Source: Sphagnum compactum
Lineage: Eukaryota
DNA length: 64,000 nt
Reading direction: 5' to 3'
Assembly: GCA_965153455.1 (NCBI GenBank)
Contig: OZ234493.1
Coordinates: 29,130,213-29,194,212, forward strand
Part shown: positions 50,201-63,800 of the stretch, in pieces
Numbering within the stretch: position 1 is the stretch's first letter
Layout: every line of letters begins with the position of its first letter
Program-made: the position numbers and the translations under genes
Notes under the pieces: generated by a model
Told to the model about the DNA's origin: nothing
The model's input: the letters and a program-made list of their open reading frames with translations, nothing else
Databases searched by the model: none

Positions 50201-51450
50201 CACTTTGTGATGAATCATTACTTAAGTCAGGGATAGGCCTTGCCTTAGCAACCCCATTAGGTGTGCCTTCATACCATTTCACAATTGGGAACCTAGAACA
50301 TGCCGGTATCCAAGAACATATTTCCCATGGCATACTTGACCCTCTTTGTTTTTATGTTCTGCACTCAAGTATATCAACTAACAAAGGCTTTGGTCCAAAT
50401 ATGGTTGCTTTGCAATTAATTTTTTTTGACAACCATGTTTAATGGACATACTAGACATTGTTTTTGAAATACAAGTCTTTTGTTGTGCTTGATGGTTGGA
50501 TTCCAAGAAGTCCACCAAAGTTTTTTTCCCCTTCTTCTTGGTGGTTGTTCCATTCACTTGGTGATGCTTTCGTTTATGTTGTGTAAAGAATAATAGTTTT
50601 TGCATGTCCTCCGGGAGTACAATGGTGTAGTCTTCGAATCCAAAGTTACAAAAAAACCTGCAGCACAATGACATAAGCATTGAGCTCCAAAATCACACCA
50701 AACCTTGAATAGGAAATCATCCACATAGTATTCAGTTATTTGAAAAATTGAGATGTGAATGGTCATAATACACTTGGAAAATTAATACCTCAATTCAATT
50801 TATATATCATGAAAGGATGTTTAGTAGCAAACTTTCACAACATTTTAGAATCAAGGTACAACACCAGAACTTTGCAAACAACATAGAATTCAAAAAGAAA
50901 AGGGAGATTGGAAGGAGTATATTACAATGTGACAACCAACATTGCCAAAATTGCAATGTGGTTAATTATGCCAAAATTGAAGAACCAAAACAATACACAT
51001 ATAAAACTTAAGGCAAAATAGAAGTGCAAAATAAAGACTAGCATAGATCAAATGTTCTGTTGTTTGTTTCTTCACCTACTAATAACAAGTGATGTAGAGT
51101 TGGTTCTTGGGTGTGACAATGTGTTTGGGGGATTGCAAAGCTTATGTTCTTTTGTCTTTGTAAATTTGCAAGGGAATTTTGGATTATTTTGTTCCCCTTG
51201 CACAAAATCCTCAAATTGATCCCATGGAATGACCATAATTTCAATTTGCTTATAAAGATTGTGCCTAGATGTAAGATGAAGTAACCATATGATATGATCC
51301 TTCTGGAATAGTCTAGGAGGAGGTATGCATAGTTTCTTTCAAAGCTTCAATAAAATCCATTTTGTTTAAAGCAACAAAAGGTTCATTCTACAAGATCTTC
51401 AAGATTCCTGCATCATCCACAACCACCTTGTAATAATCTTGGTTTGAAAT
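47300..51450 (-). mobile_element. Decayed Mutator-like (MULE) transposase with SWIM zinc finger, interrupted by a solo LTR
   Basis: Joining across the LTR gives 'KNPDSIFFYVQHAPMD|LNSQTQDDISFTLGIQTPW*LEIMQKFGHGST..DATFDTN'. Further remnants are 'LYTLMVFDEWQN', 'WMPNVIFVDNVQAKINVLR', 'FLCLWHVCKQW' and the SWIM 'CDCPLAEQG..KHVMKV'. Boundaries are approximate. Confidence 0.8.
49115..50029. mobile_element. Solo LTR (915 bp) with 5-bp TSD
   Basis: Begins TGACGCA and ends TGCGACA (TG...CA, imperfect terminal IR). TSD TCCAT at 49110-49114 and 50030-50034. It is more GC- and CpG-rich than the host MULE. Confidence 0.9.
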
Positions 51451-54314
51451 TACATAAATGAAATTATGTACCCTAGAATGATATTTGTTACAAGATAGAC
51501 ACTTGGAAGCTTTAATGAAGAAGATTAAGCAAAATTAACATTCTACTATAGAAGACACTAAATTTTATATCTAAGGAATCTTGTTGCATTTTCAACAAGA
51601 AAGTAAGGTGAGTAAACCGTAAGTCCTTTAGATTCCCAAGCATAGTGGAATTTGAGGAATAATAAATTCTACTACATTCTTTCCCTCCCTCAGAACAAGG
51701 TCAAAAAATTGAACCTTCAAATGTGGCTTGTTATAATATAACAACAATGAAAACACAAACGTATTCAATTTTTATAAAATAAAAATAAACATAATTGAAA
51801 TCCTAGGTTGGAAACTTGAATGGAGTTTACAAGCAAAGATATTAAAAGAAAATTGAGAAAACACTAGAGTTTGATAAGCAAAGCAAGGTTAGCAAACCCT
51901 AAAGATAGGAGATGATGTGTTAAAGCAGTGGTGAAAGGGAAGGTTGTTGATTTGACTTCTTAGGATGGAATTGGAAAGTATTTCCCACTCTATAACTAAA
52001 TATATGTAAATAACACAAACTATTGCCATGGTATTCCATCACCAAATGCAATTTTGATGCATTTCTTGTAAGCTTGCAAGATATCTTGGTTTGTAAGTGC
52101 AATGCAAATTGGTTTATGAAAGCAGAATGTTAGAAACAAGTTTTGCATATGGGTTTTGAAGCAAAACATGAATCTCAATTTAAAAATATGAGGCTAGGTT
52201 TTAGGGTACGTGTTGGGTTTACTCTGCTTTCAAATGCTTGGTTGTGGGTGTTTCAAGAACCTTATCCCAAATGCTAATGTTAGATGGATTTCAAATTTGA
52301 TCTTCAACTCCCCCATTTTTTACACATTGCTTGAATTCCCTGGTCTTTTGAAGATTTACTATTCAGGTACGTAGTAGGACAATCCATACTTGAAATCCAT
52401 GGGGAAACAAATCTATATCAATTTGACTTATTCACAAAACACGAAAACTCTTCGTCGATGGTAACAACGATGATGCTTGAGATGGCTTGAGATGTTCTAC
52501 ATACAGTAATGAGAAGGGCTTGCATGTGTGACATGGAAGGCTTGTGGAGGGGCATCACATCCCAGAACATGCACTAGATAGAGCTCGATGGAAGGTATTT
52601 AATGACTTACTTATCATACAACAAAAAAATGTGAAGGATGCTTAAATGTTTTTACTTCATATCCTGTTTATAACCAAATTTGTTTAAAATTTATAATGGA
52701 AGATCACCACTTTAGCTACATAACAAAAATGACAAAAAGACACTGACCTCAAGATGACAAAATGGGAAGAATTATCAAGGGGACGTTCTTGAGAAAATGG
52801 CAAAAATTCAAGCATTCATTGGTTGATTGCACAATGTGAAATTCATGTAAATTGAATATTCCATAATTCAAGAATGAATTTTAGGTGCACCTCCAATTGA
52901 GACATGATTTTCACAACCCTTCACTTATCTACTTCTATGATAATGTTTTGCACATAATATGGTTAGCAATGAAATCTATAAGCATGTAACTTATATGTTC
53001 CCCAGCTAAGTTGGCTTTAGCCCCAGTTATTCTGCATGTTTGACCTGAAATGACTTTCATTCAATCCTAAGTGCTTAATATTTAAGACCAAGTTGAATTG
53101 AAAGAGTGAGATTTCAAATATAGTGCCCTTATCTCTCAAGCACAATGTTATAAGTAACATGCCACCACCACAAGGAACCACCCATGTACGGCTCGGTAGA
53201 CTTTTGGCAACTCACAAAAATTCAACCACCAAAGTCCAAATGTTAGTGGATGTGTGGGCATTCTTGGCTCAAAGAATGGTTGATTTTCAACCCTCACAAG
53301 GGTTCTGCTATACTCCAAAATTCGACCAAAGTGGTAAAGGAAACACATAATGACAAGGTGCAATAAAATGATCATGGGAACCCTGTGATGCCTTATGATG
53401 TATTCATCAGTTATGAGGGTCCCCATTTTGAGCATCATGCCCTGCTAGTTTTGTTGATTGTAACATGTATGTCTCATACACAATTCACCAATAATTATGT
53501 TTCACAAAGTTCATTGCATTCAATTAATGGAAAAAAATGATTGTAATCTCCACTACTCCATTTTCAATGAAATTAGGGTTTCACTTTTTGGATCAGATGC
53601 ATTTTAATGCTTTCAACCCTAATTCAATCATCACAAGCTTAAATTTAGACATTCTTATTGGCAACAATTTACAAGGTATGCATGATGTTACTTCAAGTTA
53701 CCCATTGGCAAATGTTACGAAAGACAAAGGTGCTCTCTAAAATAGTCTATTGGGAAAATACGGGGACAAGTCTTCCAAAAACTTTGAAAAGGGTTAAAAT
53801 GTATCAAAGTGCCTTTATTTTTTATGCTTATGGAATTATGAATGAGTCAAGTCAAATTTCTTCAAGTTTTGATCACTGATTTAATCTTGCACATTTGAAG
53901 ATTTGTGTTGTAGATTATAAATGTTATAGTGGGTTTTATCAATCTATAAATAATGACAATTTTTCTTTCAACCTACCATAGAAGCATGCCCATTGCCTCA
54001 TAGTGTGTGTATATAAAATAGAAATTCAGCACTAAATTGGGATGATTCATTTGCTACTTTCAATGAATATACTCTGCACTTAACCCATTTCTCGAAGATA
54101 TGATACCCACCCAGTAAAAGTCTCAATGGATTCTGGAGGACTTTGACAAATGCACCCCAAAAAGACTTATTCACATTTCAATAAGATTGTTGAGATAAAC
54201 ATAAGGGGTCAAATTGGACGAACATTGACATGTTGGTCACCGCTCTTAAAGTTGTAAGTAGCATGCAAAGGTCACACCAACAAAGTAGGAACAAATCAGT
54301 CATGAAACCCCCTT

Positions 54315-54696
54315 CCAAAGAGCACCCAGATAGCATCATAATAAAAAAGTCTTTAAGACCAAATTTACCACTACAATTCACACCTAGTTTTGCCACACCC
54401 ATTTATGAATTGTGACTAATGTATTGGCAAACCATCTTGATGGTAAAAGTGTTCACCTTCTGAGATATGTTCATGATAATGAAGACTGAGGATCCAATTA
54501 TGAACAAATGAGTAGTCTAGAATCCACTTCCAAAGAGCATCCTACATAACATCATAATCCTAGAAAAATGCTTTTTAGACCAAGTTTCCACTACAATCCA
54601 CAGCTCAACCATTTGTCAATATGAATTTTTAACTAAAGCATTGGCAAAGCGTCTTCACACTATGTTCACCTTCTCAGATGTGCCCATGGTAATGAA
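54315..54696. repeat. Old tandem duplication (two ~168-bp copies, ~215 bp apart)
   Basis: 'ccaaagagca.cc....a.catcataat...tt.agaccaa.ttt.ccactacaat.caca...attggcaaa...tgttcaccttct.agat.tg..catg.taatgaa' occurs at 54315-54482 and 54530-54696. Confidence 0.8.
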
Positions 54697-55448
54697 CATA
54701 CTTTGACACACAATGTCATTGGTGACAACTTTTTCTTCCATGGTAACAGAGGTCAATTTTCTTGCCATTGCTTCTGCAAACAAACGTCCTTGTGTCACCA
54801 TATCGTCAATGACACCTCCCTTGTTATTGAATTGGCAGTCTTATTTCCCAAGGTCACTGTTCAAACTTTGATACATACAGCAACTTCTCATATACTGGCT
54901 TTGGGCTCCCCTCTCTGCTGCCGTTTATGTGGCTTTCCTCTTTGGTAGTGTCGTCATTTTCAACAAAAGTGTTACAGGTGCACATGACCAGATGACCTCT
55001 CTCTTGTCTCTTCTTTAAGAAATTCAAAAGGTTTTGAAAACCAGCACCATATAAGACCTTCCTGTCCCATCACGACACAATTTCTTGGAGCTTGTAAAGC
55101 ACCAGGCAGAAAATTCTAGTGTATTTGCAGGTTACATTACCAAAGTGTGAGAATTTGTGGGGTATTGCTTTCTGAAATGTCTTGCATTATTTTTTTTCCC
55201 CATTTTTCCCATGATACTGGACAGGTATCTGTCAGGTATCACAAGAAAAAATGAAAATACAAAATTTCCTGCCATTAAGCTTGACTTTGGGTAAGTCCCT
55301 CCCTGGAAGCAGGGGTTTCCAATATATGCATCCCTCAGGTCCACCTCAGGGGTGCTTATTTTTTGAATGTAACATTACTGTGCAGCAAATTCCAAGAGTA
55401 TGTCACCACATGTAGATATGGGACAACTTTGGAGCTCAACTTAGTACA

Positions 55449-55643
55449 TGACGACCAGGGTGAATTGACCCCCACAATAAAATCCCCAAAACCCATTTAA
55501 ATGGCCATATTTGGCCCCAAAAATTATAGATTTAATTTACAGGAATGAGATTTATAAATATTTATAATATTTACAAGCAATTTAAATGGGTTTTGGGGCT
55601 TTTACCATGATCCCAATGTGGGCGTCAATTTGCCTTGGCGTTA
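55449..55643. mobile_element. Foldback MITE (~195 bp)
   Basis: Outer IR gaccagggtgaattgacccccaca / tgtgggcgtcaatttgccttggc and a perfect inner IR ccccaaaacccatttaaat / atttaaatgggttttgggg. Confidence 0.7.
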
Positions 55644-57354
55644 GGTGACCAGGAGGCCACAGGTCTTAAATTTGGCAATGACAAAACTGCCACATCAGTC
55701 TATGGTAGGCCCTTACTATTCTCATGGTTGTAATACTCCTCAAACTGCCACATCAGCAAGATCCTCTCTAATTCTTTCTAATTTGCATGCAGGCAACATT
55801 AGAGGGGTCATTGGTGAGATACCTTCCTATCACGAGAGGGATTAGCTCTCTCCCCTTTTTTGGTTCCTGTGGTTCCTGTGGGCTGTGCGTCTTTGGCCTT
55901 GGCTTTTTGTCTCCCCTTGATGGTTCTGGCGATTGATCTTTTATTGGATTTTCGTGAGTTAAACATTCTTTACATCAAGAAAGGCCTACTGGATACATAT
56001 ACATGTTCAAGTCAGGTCTTGGTGCTTCAGCCCCTTTTTTGGGTCTTTAATTCATGCATAATTGGCCAGCTTCATGGTGCATTTTGCAGCATTCCTCTCA
56101 TAGGCCATCAGTGTTCCAATGGTGTTTCCTGCCTTTAACACCAAAGAGAAGGCTATAGTAAAGGGCTTGCCCAGGAATGCTTACCTGGCAGAATCCACTG
56201 TCTGGAGCCTGCTCTCTAGTTTGTCAAGTACTTGGAGAAAATTTCCAGTACATTTGGAGGGCACCTTACATCCATTAAAGCCATCCAGGTTTTTGTTAGT
56301 GTACCTAGAGGGCACATTACCCAGTTAGATAGCCTCGATGGCAACCCAGCCGTTTTGTTTCCTGTCCGGAATTTATGCTTTTCCTAAAACCTCTCAATTT
56401 TTGTAAAGCCTTCAATAGATTGCATCCTTTTGTGGCTATTTCAGGAAAAAAATTTGGAAGCTTCTACACAATAATGCCAAACGCCAAAGGCTTTACCAAA
56501 ATCAGCGTTGTGCTTAGCTCTGCCTTCCATGGGCCCTTATTCCGGTAAAGCCCATGGCCTCGGGCTGTACCTATCATGTAATTATCCCTCCTAAAAAAGA
56601 GGAGGGATCTTGTGCCTATTCGTTGTGAGAGATGTTGGTACCTCCCTTTGAAAGAATAGATCTAACAAGAGTGCACTCATGTAGGTGTAATAACCCTACC
56701 CTTCCTAAGCCTCATGATCGATGTATGCTTAGGTTTTGTGATAAGGTTCACCACATGCTTTAAAATGGGTAAAGCTCAAAGGTGGGCAACATTCCCAAAA
56801 GGTGGGGTTGGGCTGTCCGGGAGGCCAATCCTAGAAAGGCCTCCCAGACAATCTGATTTTGGCTTGTCCTAGGCCCAATATTTTAGGACTACCGCCACCC
56901 TGGGGCTTTATCAAAATGTATCTGGTTCTTTTAGGTTCTACCAATTGTGTGATCGTGATTCCTTTGTCCTACCAACTCCTTGATTCATGTTCAAGCCTCA
57001 AGACTATCATGGATCTAATAGTTTTGTAGGGAGTTGTACTGGTGACCCACCTACCAACCTTAAAAACTGGAGGTGGATTTCTTTTCGCCTTTTTGTGGAG
57101 ACAGGCAAGGACTTCTTGTGTCGGTAATGGCTAGAGTGAACCAGCACCCAGCAGTGCACCATGGAAGAAGGATGGCAAGTGGTCAGGAAACAATTTTCTA
57201 TTGGGTTTTAGTTCTCAAACTAACCACGGTGGTTAGTTCCGTTGCCTATTGAACTACCTACTAACAACCTTCAATAGTAGTCAGGCAGTAAAAACAGCCT
57301 TACCTATCTATAAACCATCTAATTACATGGTAGTCACTTATTTTTTTACTTATA

Positions 57355-57660
57355 TTGTACCTATACATAAGTCCAAAGCTTACAAAATGGGTTATCAAGG
57401 TGAAACCTGATATTAACATTAACACAGTTGATGCTCGTTGCATCATTAACGAATATCCAATGGATGGTGCTCTGGTGGGTGCTGGTTCACTCTGGCAGCT
57501 ACGCCTTAAGGAAGGAGTTGCTAGTGTGTACCTTGCTAGTACAAGGACTTGCGATGGACTATAAAGGCTCAACAATGGGAAAGTTTACACTATTCCCAAC
57601 AAACCAGATCCTTGGTATTGTACAATATGGGTAGCTACAAAATGATGTCATGAGACTTAC
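57355..57660 (+). mobile_element. Possible Ty3/Gypsy aspartic protease remnant
   Basis: 'CIINEYPMDGALVGAGS' resembles a degenerate retropepsin 'I....VLVDGGS' motif, followed by 'NQILGIV'. The similarity is weak. Confidence 0.3.
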
Positions 57661-59131
57661 CTACGGAACTTGTTCTGTTCTCATTTGGCACCAATGTTTT
57701 TTTGGGGTCAATTTTGTCATGTAGTCAAAGTGGCAATCATCCAAAGGAAGATTTTGCCAAATTTGGCTACAAGCTAAATATGAAAGGATTTAAAAAAGTT
57801 CCTTCTATATTTTTTGGTTACATGTAACCATCACAATGTGTTACAATGTTATCACAATGTTATATCAATGATTGATCTACTCCTTTGTTAACACTTAATT
57901 TTGAACACATTGTTAAACTGTTGTAAAAACACACATACATGGAGGGGGCATGTTTGTGATGCTAAAATGCGTCCAAAGACTTGAAGGAAGGAGGAATTTT
58001 AAAAAAAAAAGGACTCTATGAAGGTGTAAGAAATAGGAGTGCGTCATAAAAGATATGATGGTTGTTGCATAAAGCAATGAATGAGAATTTCAAAGGCCAT
58101 TTGAACATCATCCATCATAAGGAAAAGGTCCATATGTCAAACATTCTTTAACATGACATCTTTGGTGAAAGATAATGTGAATGATGATGTGCCCAATGGA
58201 CCCCCAAAACTATAGTTCGTTCTGATGGGGTGATAACTAGGATGAGGTCTTGAATCAAGTGTTAGGCCAGAAGGTGACCATGCTACACATTTTTTAGGTT
58301 GGATAGAAAGACCTAAAGCACGAAGTTCGTAAACATGTTCATAAACATATGATACATATGAAGGGGGACCTATGATGTGAGGGTCATCTACGATGGATGG
58401 AAATAAACAAGAAGGGAAATGATTAACTTGGTGAGGTTTGTTGTGACTTTAACAAACTCTCTTGGACCCAAATGTGCCCCCTTTGTCTAATTGGAGTTGA
58501 TTGAAGCTTTCCACATCAAATCCAACCAATTCTTGAACTTCATATGGTTCTTTATACGTGCAATTAATTGAAGCATTCCACTCCATTTTGACCAAGCAAA
58601 AAAACTTAGTGTTGGCTTAAAGTTGGTCACACCAAAGACAATAACGTTTCTTCCAAGGTTAACATATGTTTTTTGGGACCATTTTCACCTCAGTCTCATT
58701 ATCTGTTGAAGTGGTCACTGATTGAGTTATTGGTTGGATCTACCCAAAAGTTGCAATGTCCTTAATGCCCATGTATATACTTCCATTAATAATTCTCGAA
58801 CCATTGAAGTTTCATTTTTTCAAAATTGTTCGCATTTACCTACAATTGGTGTTATAACCTTTACCTTTACAATGGGGAACGCATCCATCCACCTAGCCAC
58901 CAACCCACTTCGGTGTCATTTTTCATCAAGGTAAGGATTAATATTTATTTTTTTGTTAGGATAATTAATTGGCTTGTGTTTTCAATATAAAAAATTATTC
59001 TTATTGTGAACTTAATGTTTCAAGTGTTGCAAATGCACACAAGGGCTATTCATAAGTGTTGACACTAATGTTTTGAAATGCTTTGCAAAAATGTTCATTA
59101 GGGTCCAAAGGCAATGGTGTTTTGTTGAAGT

Positions 59132-61989
59132 CACTAAAAAAAAAACAAGTATTTTTCGATTGGCCTTTTGTGATTAAATTTTAATTGCAAGTGACATTTT
59201 GCAATTAAAATCTCCTTAATCACTTAAGACAAATCGCATGTGATAAATTAGTCACAAATGACAAAGGGCATCGAATAAAAGAAAAAGTCAACAAATGCAA
59301 ATTCATCTTTGACTCCATTGTATATTTATTGTCACATGCAACTAAAATGCAATTATTTTGGTCACAATTGAAGGCAAATGATGTGTTGTCGCATGTCCAA
59401 AGTTCGATTATTTAAAATATATTATTATTATTATTTTGAAATAATTTAAGACGTTCAATTCAAATGTTTGGATGATCTTATATTATGACATATGGCCTAA
59501 TATAAATATGCCACATCACACTTTTAAATGAATTTAATATTAAAAAATCAATATTAGGTTGGTACAAATGTAGGTGCATAAGTAGGTGCCTACAAACTTA
59601 AGTTACATACCTACCTACCTGTTTAGGTTAAAAGTAAGTAGGTAGGTTCTACCTTCTTACGGTAAATATTTATTCACACGTAGGTATTTAAGTAGGTAGG
59701 TACATAGGTCGACCTAGGTGGGCAGGTCAAACTAAGTACCTATTTAACTAGATAAATAAGTAGGTTGGGGAAGTAAGTACTTTAGAATTGTGCATAATTT
59801 TTTTTAAAATTTTGGGTTAAGCCTTTTGATTAATTCATCCCATTGTGCATAAATTTCTTAATGTGAAATTGGATGATCACACCCCTTGTTTATATAATGT
59901 TCAAAACAAGAATGGAAAACAAATAATATGGGATAAGTTTTGAAGGTTACAACTTTTTCACAACCTAAATTGTAACTCCAAAACTTTTTTCATATTTTGT
60001 TTTCTTAGTTTTTAGATTTCTAAACAACTCAAGTACATGGTTCATTAAATAATTAGATAATCATTTAATTATTAATGATTAAATTTACATATACTTAAAT
60101 TATAAATTATACACTACAAATATTAAGTATTTATTATCAATTATTCAAATAAGTAATAACTTCTTAATATTTAACAAATTACCTATCTAATTACTCATAA
60201 GTTAATAATACATAATTCATAAATAATTAAATATTTTAAAATAATTTACTAATTTTTAGAATTAAATCGAATTATAAATAATATAATTAATGTCAAATTA
60301 ATTTAATGACTATAATCTTAAAATATTTATTTAAAATATTTATTTTCAAATTATAAATAATGAATTAACAAATACTATTAGAAAGTAAATTCATACACGA
60401 ATATTATAATAATAATATTCAACTAATTACATTAATTACTATATAACTCCATTTATTGTTGTAAAAACTTTTATAGGTCAAGTATTTTTTCCTTTTGGTA
60501 ATTATTAACTATAAATAAAATAATTTGTTAAACATAACATTAATTTTTATAATTACTATAAAATATTTATCATAGATGATTCATCATAGGATTTTAAAAA
60601 CAGAAAATAAAATACAATATAATAATTCCTGAAATTAAAAATCATCAAAATAATTATTTTAACTACATTATAATTTTTTCAAAATCTTAATTCAGACTTA
60701 AAGTTATAAATTAAAGATTTTGAATAATTATGTTCACTTAGAAAATAATTATGCACATACTAATTAATTCTTATCTGAAGTAATTACAATGATTTTAAAG
60801 TAATGTAACATTAGTTACAATAGTTAATTTCTTTTAATATAAGAATATAAATTGTATAATATATAAAACAATGTTATAACTATAATTATTTAGTGTAACT
60901 TATAATTTAAAAATTCATCATTTATAATTATTTACAAAAGTGATTTATTATGGATAACACAAATAGAAAAAACCCTAAAAACTCAATCAATAATTTTCTG
61001 AAATAAAAATATAAAATTTAGATTCCAAAATAGGAATTCAAAATTCACATATCAATTTTTAGATCAAATAAATTTTTGAAGTTAATAACAAATTTCAGAA
61101 TTGAAATGTCAATTTTCAGATTCAAACAATAATATTCAAAATTGAAATGTCCATTTTTTTGTTAATTAATAATTTTTTGAATTGAAATATTAATTTTGAG
61201 ATTCCAAAATAATAACTTGGAATTCTAATTTCAGCTTCCAAATCAAATAATTTCTTAAAATTTAAATTAAGAAATTCAGAACTCAAGTATCAAATTTCAA
61301 ATTCAAATTCAAATATTTAAAATCAAAATGTTGATTTTTATACTCAATTATAATGTTTTGAATCGAAATAATAATTTTTAGATTTGAAAATAATAATTTA
61401 ACTTTCGAATATCAATTTTTAGATGAATTGTTTTCAATTTAAATTAAAAAATTCAGAATTGAAATGTCAATTTGCAGAGTCAATTAATAATTTTCATACT
61501 TGAAGTATATATTTGAGAATCCAAAATAATAATTCGAAATTGAAATTTCAAGGTTCAAATCAAATGATTATTGAAAATTTAAATGCCAAATTTTCAGAGT
61601 TGAAATATAATTTCACATTCAAATAAAAATGTTCAAAATTAAAATGTCCGTTTATATAATCAATAATAGTTTTCTGAATTGAAATACTAATTTTTGGATT
61701 TGAAAAGAATAATTTAGAATTCAAATATGAATTTTAAAATCAAATACGTTTTTTGAATTTAAATAGAAAATTTCATATTCAAATAATGTTTTGAACAATT
61801 GAAAAAACAATTTCAGATTCTAGTATCAAGTTTGAAATTCAAATAAATTTTTTAAAGAATTAAAATAGCAGTTTTCATAATTAAAATATCAATTTTCCGA
61901 TTTGAATAACAAATTTCAATGGTCAAATATTAATTTTGAGATTCATTATATGAACAATATACATACATATTCATATTTAATGTGTGTGT

Positions 61990-62043
<54 letters not shown>

Positions 62044-62354
62044 CTTAAATATAATTTTAATACGTACATTAAAATACACCCCTATGTCACTATAGATACC
62101 GTTAGGATGCAATTGATTTGGTGACTATTATGATTTATGGGACATATTAACCTATTAATGGATGAAAATAAACTTAAAATCCATCCAACGAATTGGATGA
62201 AGTTTCTAATAGTTGCATCATAGTTATGAAAATGACCAAAATAGTTGAAATTTGGTCTTGTAGTTGTAAATATTTCCCAATCTAGTCACAAACAACTACA
62301 AATCGCATGTAGTCATAAATGGAGTGGTTACATTCTGGCTGATTTTTACTAGTG
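59132..62354. mobile_element. Non-autonomous CACTA (En/Spm) element, 3223 bp, with AT-rich repetitive filler
   Basis: Starts CACTA (59132) and ends TAGTG (62354), with an exact 3-bp TSD AGT on both sides. Subterminal motifs (tagtcacaaa, aaatcgcatgt) are shared near both ends. No transposase. Confidence 0.85.
61981..62040. repeat. Compound (TG)n(TA)n microsatellite
   Basis: Seen directly in the sequence. Confidence 0.95.
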
Positions 62355-62357
62355 AGT

Positions 62358-63800
62358 TTACAAGTAAGCTTGAATATCCACCCATTTCTTTCATATTCAA
62401 TTGTTGTGTTCCTCTCTTGCTAAGTTGAAATTATAAACTCATTTTATTCCAAGGGTCGAATGTCCTTAAGTCATACAACAAGAAAATGTTGTGAGGTTTT
62501 CTCTACATTTTTGCATCCCCAACCAACACCACTGGGAGGCGGGTAATGGTTTTTCACATGGCCTTACTGCTTGGGTATCAAATAATTTAATAGACCCGGG
62601 CATTATGTGATGTTGTGGTGTCACACCTTGATTTGTAAGCCAGTTCTAATGCTCTAATAAACAATGTTACACAAAAAAAAATTCATGATCCTTATCATCA
62701 GAGATGTAGAAATGATTTTCTTTGATGAACTTTTAATTCTTTTCATTAGATCCACTTGTGGGGTCCACTTTGTATGTAGTGTGCACCAAGATTGTCACTT
62801 GAAATGAATGCCAATGCATTGATTGGATCTCATTCTAGATTTGAAAACTTTTAATTCTCAACAAAATCAATGTGTGATAAAATGCAATCAAAAGGTAAGG
62901 TACCCATAACTAACCTACATTGTGTATCTTGCCATCTTGCAACAAACTTGCGGGTGATAAAATGTTGTAACTTAGGTCACATGTAATCCAAAAACACAAA
63001 AAAATAGTTTATTTAAATTCTTATTTAATCATTTTCTTGGGTTTGCTTTCATATGTCACCCCAATAATATCTTGTTGAAAACATCTACAAGCCACTTCCC
63101 ATGAACCACCTGTAGAACACTCATGAAAACAAATTGCCAATTGGTTCACCCCACACTGAACACAATCCCCCATGAGGTAGTCCAACTTGTGCCACTCTTC
63201 AAACTGCCCTTTTAGGCAAACACAATTCTCCCACAATGCTATCACCCCCTTATATGAATTAATATGGGCTTGACAAATGTCCTACTCAGTAGCCTTGTCT
63301 TGCCAACAGATTGCACATTGACAATTGCATGCATTTTGTACATGAGCTCCCTTCACGTCATCCCTGAAGATATTCAAGCCTTGTCACAACAAATCAATTT
63401 CAACATGGTATTTGCAGCAACAAACATTCTTATCTTTACATGGTTCCACAAAGTAAGATTTCAGGCTTTCGAATTTCCTTTATTGAATTACTACCTCTGG
63501 ATGGATAGTTATAAACCAAAGGTAGAATGAAATCTGCAAAAACCAAATTCCTCAAAAAGTTAGATGTTTACTTCACCCAAATATTACAAACACAAATACA
63601 TAATTGCTTGATTTCTGTTAGATCCTATCCATGAACTTCTTTATCTAAACTTAAAGATCTTTCTCTTAATTGAACTTTCTGTATTTAAACATAATTACTC
63701 TAAAAGAAGACTATTTCACCTCTGATTGTTGCCCAAATTGTTTGGTTTGCAATGCAATATATTAATTTGTAGAAAGCCAAAGGTCTTTAAGAAAATTGAA
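62358..63800 (-). mobile_element. Decayed DDE transposase remnant of the 'DFxENY...EIQSxHW...ISDD.H' type (Sola-like assignment tentative)
   Basis: Minus strand: a Cys-rich N-part (CCCKYH, CNCQCAIC, CVQCG), then 'VARWQDTQCR...ILSHIDFVEN...EIQSMHWHSFQVTILVH...HFYISDDKDH'. Many stops. Confidence 0.65.

Noticed and set aside
53148-53438. 96-aa Trp/aromatic-rich ORF
   Set aside because: No recognisable family or splice structure. It cannot be supported without a search.
57830-58930. Possible CACTA TnpA/DUF4216 coding remnant
   Set aside because: Too degenerate to assign by eye.
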